Source of the DNA: Perna viridis
Taxonomy: Eukaryota
DNA length: 64,000 nt
Assembly: GCA_037379345.1 (NCBI GenBank)
Contig: CM074511.1
Coordinates: 4,340,001-4,404,000, forward strand
Direction: 5' to 3'
Positions 60,542 to 64,000 of this stretch are shown here, in pieces (positions within the stretch are counted from its first letter, which is position 1; every line of letters begins with the position of its first letter). The notes under the pieces were generated by a model. The model was not told where the DNA came from, did not search any database, and saw only the letters and a program-made list of their open reading frames with translations. A program made the translations under genes and the position numbers.

Positions 60542-63500
60542 CTAAGTATTATTTCCCTGAGGTTGTTTCCTTGGTAACATATGTCGTTGTCTTAATGCTA
60601 GGGATCCAGTTGAGGACACAGGATTAGTCACATAAGGTATTTCTCCTTCACACTTCTGTAAAAAAAATAGAATAAAGTTCTGTTGGACAGCAGTATATAC
60701 CTAGATGTATAATATGATTTTCTATGATTGTAAATCAGGCTATTGATGGAGTAAACAATCTATTTTTAATAACAGCGGCCATGTTTTTTGACAGATAAAA
60801 AATCCCCACATCAGTTCTATACAGGATACCCCAAGAAACATTCATACCAAGTTTAATTCCTGTCAGGGCAGATGTGTTTTGAAAAATTGTTAACGACGAC
60901 GGAAGACGATGACGACAGATGCCAAGTGATGGCAATGGCTCACATGGCCTTTGGCCAAGTAAGCTAAAATAATATTGAAATGAGCCACTGGTTTATTTTT
61001 ATCAAAGAAATGGATTAAGTGTTATCAAAGCAAGTATTGATTTTTCCAAACAGATTAAAAGCCTAACATTCCAACTTTATAAATATGTCATAAAATATTC
61101 ATAGTAAAATATATATAGAAGAAAATGAAACTGCAAATATTAAATTATCAAATTATATTTTATTTACTGTGAGTCCTGCCTAAATTGAATCCCCTGTGTT
61201 TTACTTATACAGATTCAAAATGCATTTTAACTGAAGATGTCTGGTTTACACAGGTTTCCAGTTCATTTGGTTTTTGGTTCGGACAGGTTTTACTATTCAT
61301 TGTAGAAGAATTTTTAACAGATTCAAAAATGAGAAATACTTTAATTTATAATAGAAAGAATGTGAACATAAATAGAACTTAGAAAATTTTGCACTATCAA
61401 AAAATTGAACTCTATCTTGTGACTCCACATTTTATAGTATGCCCTAACTCTCTGTCTATATCTGTCTACATGTGTAAGAACTTACAAAATACATTTATGA
61501 CTTAAAATAATTTTCTGCTAAAGTGCTTGTTTTAAAGGAAGAATGTAACCTTTACTTTTTCATTATTGGGGACTTCTTGTTTCTGAGTACTTGACTTGAA
61601 ACACTAAAAACAGAGGTGTTCTTTGCAGAAATTTACTGAACATGCCAAACCAAATATGATCTACATACTGTTACCTGTTTGAGTAAGACTTGGTTAGGCA
61701 GGTTTATATTGCCCCTCAATATTGTATTTACTTTCTGTAACTCTTCTATATCCAATGGGGTAAGGATATGCAGTGTCTTCTTTGCAGGGTCTATGCTTTG
61801 GATTATACCTGAAAACATTCACAGAATATCTAATGAGCAGGGTGATAACCACCCTAAACAGGTCAAAACAAGACACCTAAAGCAATGTAATTAATGAGAG
61901 AGTAAATACTAATGGTTCAAGATGAGACAGTAAATACTGATGGTTTAAGATGAGACAGTAAATACTGATGGTTCAAGATGAGACAGTAAATATTGATGGT
62001 TAAAGATGAGACAGTAAATACCGACGGTTCAAGATGAGACAGTAAATACTCACTGTTCAAAATGAGACAGTAAATAATGACAGTTCGGGATGAGACAGTA
62101 GATACCTACTGTTCAAGATGAGACAGTAAATACTCATGGTTCAAAATGAGACAGTAAATACTGACAGTTTGAGATGAGACAGTAAATACCGACAGTTCAA
62201 GATGAGACAGTAAACACTGACGGTTCAAGATGAGACAGTAAATACCGACGGTTCAAGATGAAACAGTAAATATTGATGGTTAAAGATGAGACAGTAAACA
62301 CTGATGGTTAAAGATGAGACAGTAAATACCGATGGTTCAAGATGAGACAGTAAATACTCACTGTTCAAAATGAGACAGTAAATACTGAGAGTTCGAGATG
62401 AGACAGTAGATACCGATGGTTTAAGATGAGACAGTAAATACTCACGGTTCAAAATGAGACAGTAAATACTGACAGTTTAACATGAGACAGTAGATACCGA
62501 CAGTTCAAGATGAGACAGTAAATACTGATGGTTCAAGATGAAACAGTAAATATTGATGGTTAAAGATGAGACAGTAAATACTGATGGTTAAAGATGAGAC
62601 AGTAAATACCGACGGTTCAAGATGAGACAGTAAATACTCACTGTTCAAAATGAGACAGTAAATAATGACAGTTCGGGATGAGACAGTAGATACCTACTGT
62701 TCAAGATGAGACAGTAAATACTCATGGTTCAAAATGAGACAGTAAATACTGACAGTTTGAGATGAGACAGTAAATACTGATGGTTAAAGATGAGACAGTA
62801 AATACCGACGGTTCAAGATGAGACAGTAAATACTCACTGTTCAAAATGAGACAGTAAATAATGACAGTTCGGGATGAGACAGTAGATACCTACTGTTCAA
62901 GATGAGACAGTAAATACTCATGGTTCAAAATGAGACAGTAAATACTGACAGTTTGAGATGAGACAGTAAATACTGACAGTTCAAGATGAGACAGTAAACA
63001 CTGACGGTTCAAGATGAGACAGTAAATACCGACGGTTCAAGATGAAACAGTAAATATTGATGGTTAAAGATGAGACAGTAAATACTGATGGTTAAAGATG
63101 AGACAGTAAATACCGATGGTTCAAGATGAGACAGTAAATACTCACTGTTCAAAATGAGACAGTAAATACTGAGAGTTCGAGATGAGACAGTAGATACCGA
63201 CGGTTCAAGATGAGACAGTAAATACTCACGGTTCAAAATGAGACAGTAAATACTGACAGTTTAACATGAGACAGTAGATACCGACAGTTCAAGATGAGAC
63301 AGTAAATACTGATGGTTCAAGATGAAACAGTAAATATTGATGGTTAAAGATGAGACAGTAAATACTGATGGTTAAAGATGAGACAGTAAATACCGATGGT
63401 TCAAGATGAGACAGTAAATACTCACTGTTCAAAATGAGACAGTAAATACTGAGAGTTCGAGATGAGACAGTAGATACAGACGGTTCAAGATGAGACAGTA

Positions 63501-63939
63501 AATACTCACGGTTCAAAATCAGACAGTAAATACTGACAGTTTGAGATGAGACAGTAAATACTGACAGTTTAACATGAGACAGTAGATACCGACAGTTCAA
63601 GATGAGACAGTAAATACTGACGGTTCAAGATGAGACAGTAAATACCGACGGTTCAAGATGAGACAGTAAATACTAATGGTTCAAGATGAAACAGTAAATA
63701 CTGATGATTTGGGTGTGTAGCTTGCTCATAAAAATCAATGACTATCACATGTCCTCTTGAAAAAAAAATACTAATTTTTATATACATTTATGTATTTTTA
63801 CATTTAATTCTTCATTCACTAAAGGTTATAGAAAAAAATTAAAGTAAAAGAATTTGGAAAAATACAAACCAAATCCTAAACACTGGCAGACAGGTGTAGA
63901 TTTGAAGAAGTATGGTGTTTCTTCACTATCTCTCTCAGC
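60542..63939 (-). CDS. NOL9: Polynucleotide 5'-hydroxyl kinase NOL9, last three exons (63939-63870, 61808-61675, 60655-60542); gene continues beyond the window
   Basis: Spliced product ...TPVCQCLGFGIIQSIDPAKKTLHILTPLDIEELQKVNTILRGNINLPNQVLLKQKCEGEIPYVT... matches the NOL9/Grc3 C-terminus as I recall it (CLGFG..R.ID....(Y/L)HILTP...L..VN.L..G.I..P...PYVT); canonical splice sites, consistent phases. Confidence 0.85.
60765..60969 (+). mobile_element. Non-autonomous Helentron/HINE-like element end
   Basis: (GAC)n-like microsatellite, then gctcacatggcctttggccaagtaagctaaaa hairpin terminus; a more degenerate similar end lies at ~36930-37000. Confidence 0.55.
61893..63706. repeat. 28-bp satellite array (~65 units, gttcaagatgagacagtaaatactgacg) with higher-order structure, inside a NOL9 intron
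   Basis: Units read directly; the variant monomer ctcactg recurs at 62049, 62357, 62637, 62833, 63141, 63421. Confidence 0.96.
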
Positions 63940-64000
63940 CTGTGGACAATAAAACTGTTCATGAAACTTCAGTACAAGTATGAATGTATTTTTCTTGGCA

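Noticed and set aside
61893-63706. CRISPR-like array, or protein-coding ORFs 62225-62452, 63009-63236, 63289-63600
   Set aside because: Contiguous 28-bp monomers with no unique spacers and no cas genes, in a eukaryotic intron; the ORFs are by-products of the repeat.

Overview
AT-rich invertebrate genomic DNA; the repeat families and gene types suggest a mollusc, probably a bivalve (inference). 1-~8.7 kb is a GC-rich, decaying Polinton/Maverick (adintovirus-like) endogenous DNA virus. It carries the start of a major capsid gene, an A32-type packaging ATPase, an intact Zn-ribbon/PLA2-like/integrase/chromodomain ORF, a fibre-like ORF, an adenain-type protease and a fragmented protein-primed PolB. 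It is cut off by a degenerate LINE (8.7-13.4 kb). The rest is host DNA containing: a 3-exon gene for a ~180-aa single-pass membrane protein with a PPxY motif; three paralogous 5-exon genes encoding PAN/apple - 4-Cys module - sushi - C-type lectin proteins; and the last three exons of NOL9 on the minus strand. Between them lie many Penelope-like elements with the endonuclease upstream of RT (Naiad type), four full-length copies of a ~500-bp SINE-like element with a pseudoknotted non-tRNA head, MITEs, a 1.07-kb near-perfect palindrome and several minisatellites, one with higher-order structure. Best candidates for something undescribed: the lectin cluster, the two retroelement-borne structured RNAs, and the repeated TAGATAAAT(G) motif and polyprotein fusion in the Polinton. 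All calls are by eye; no searches were run.
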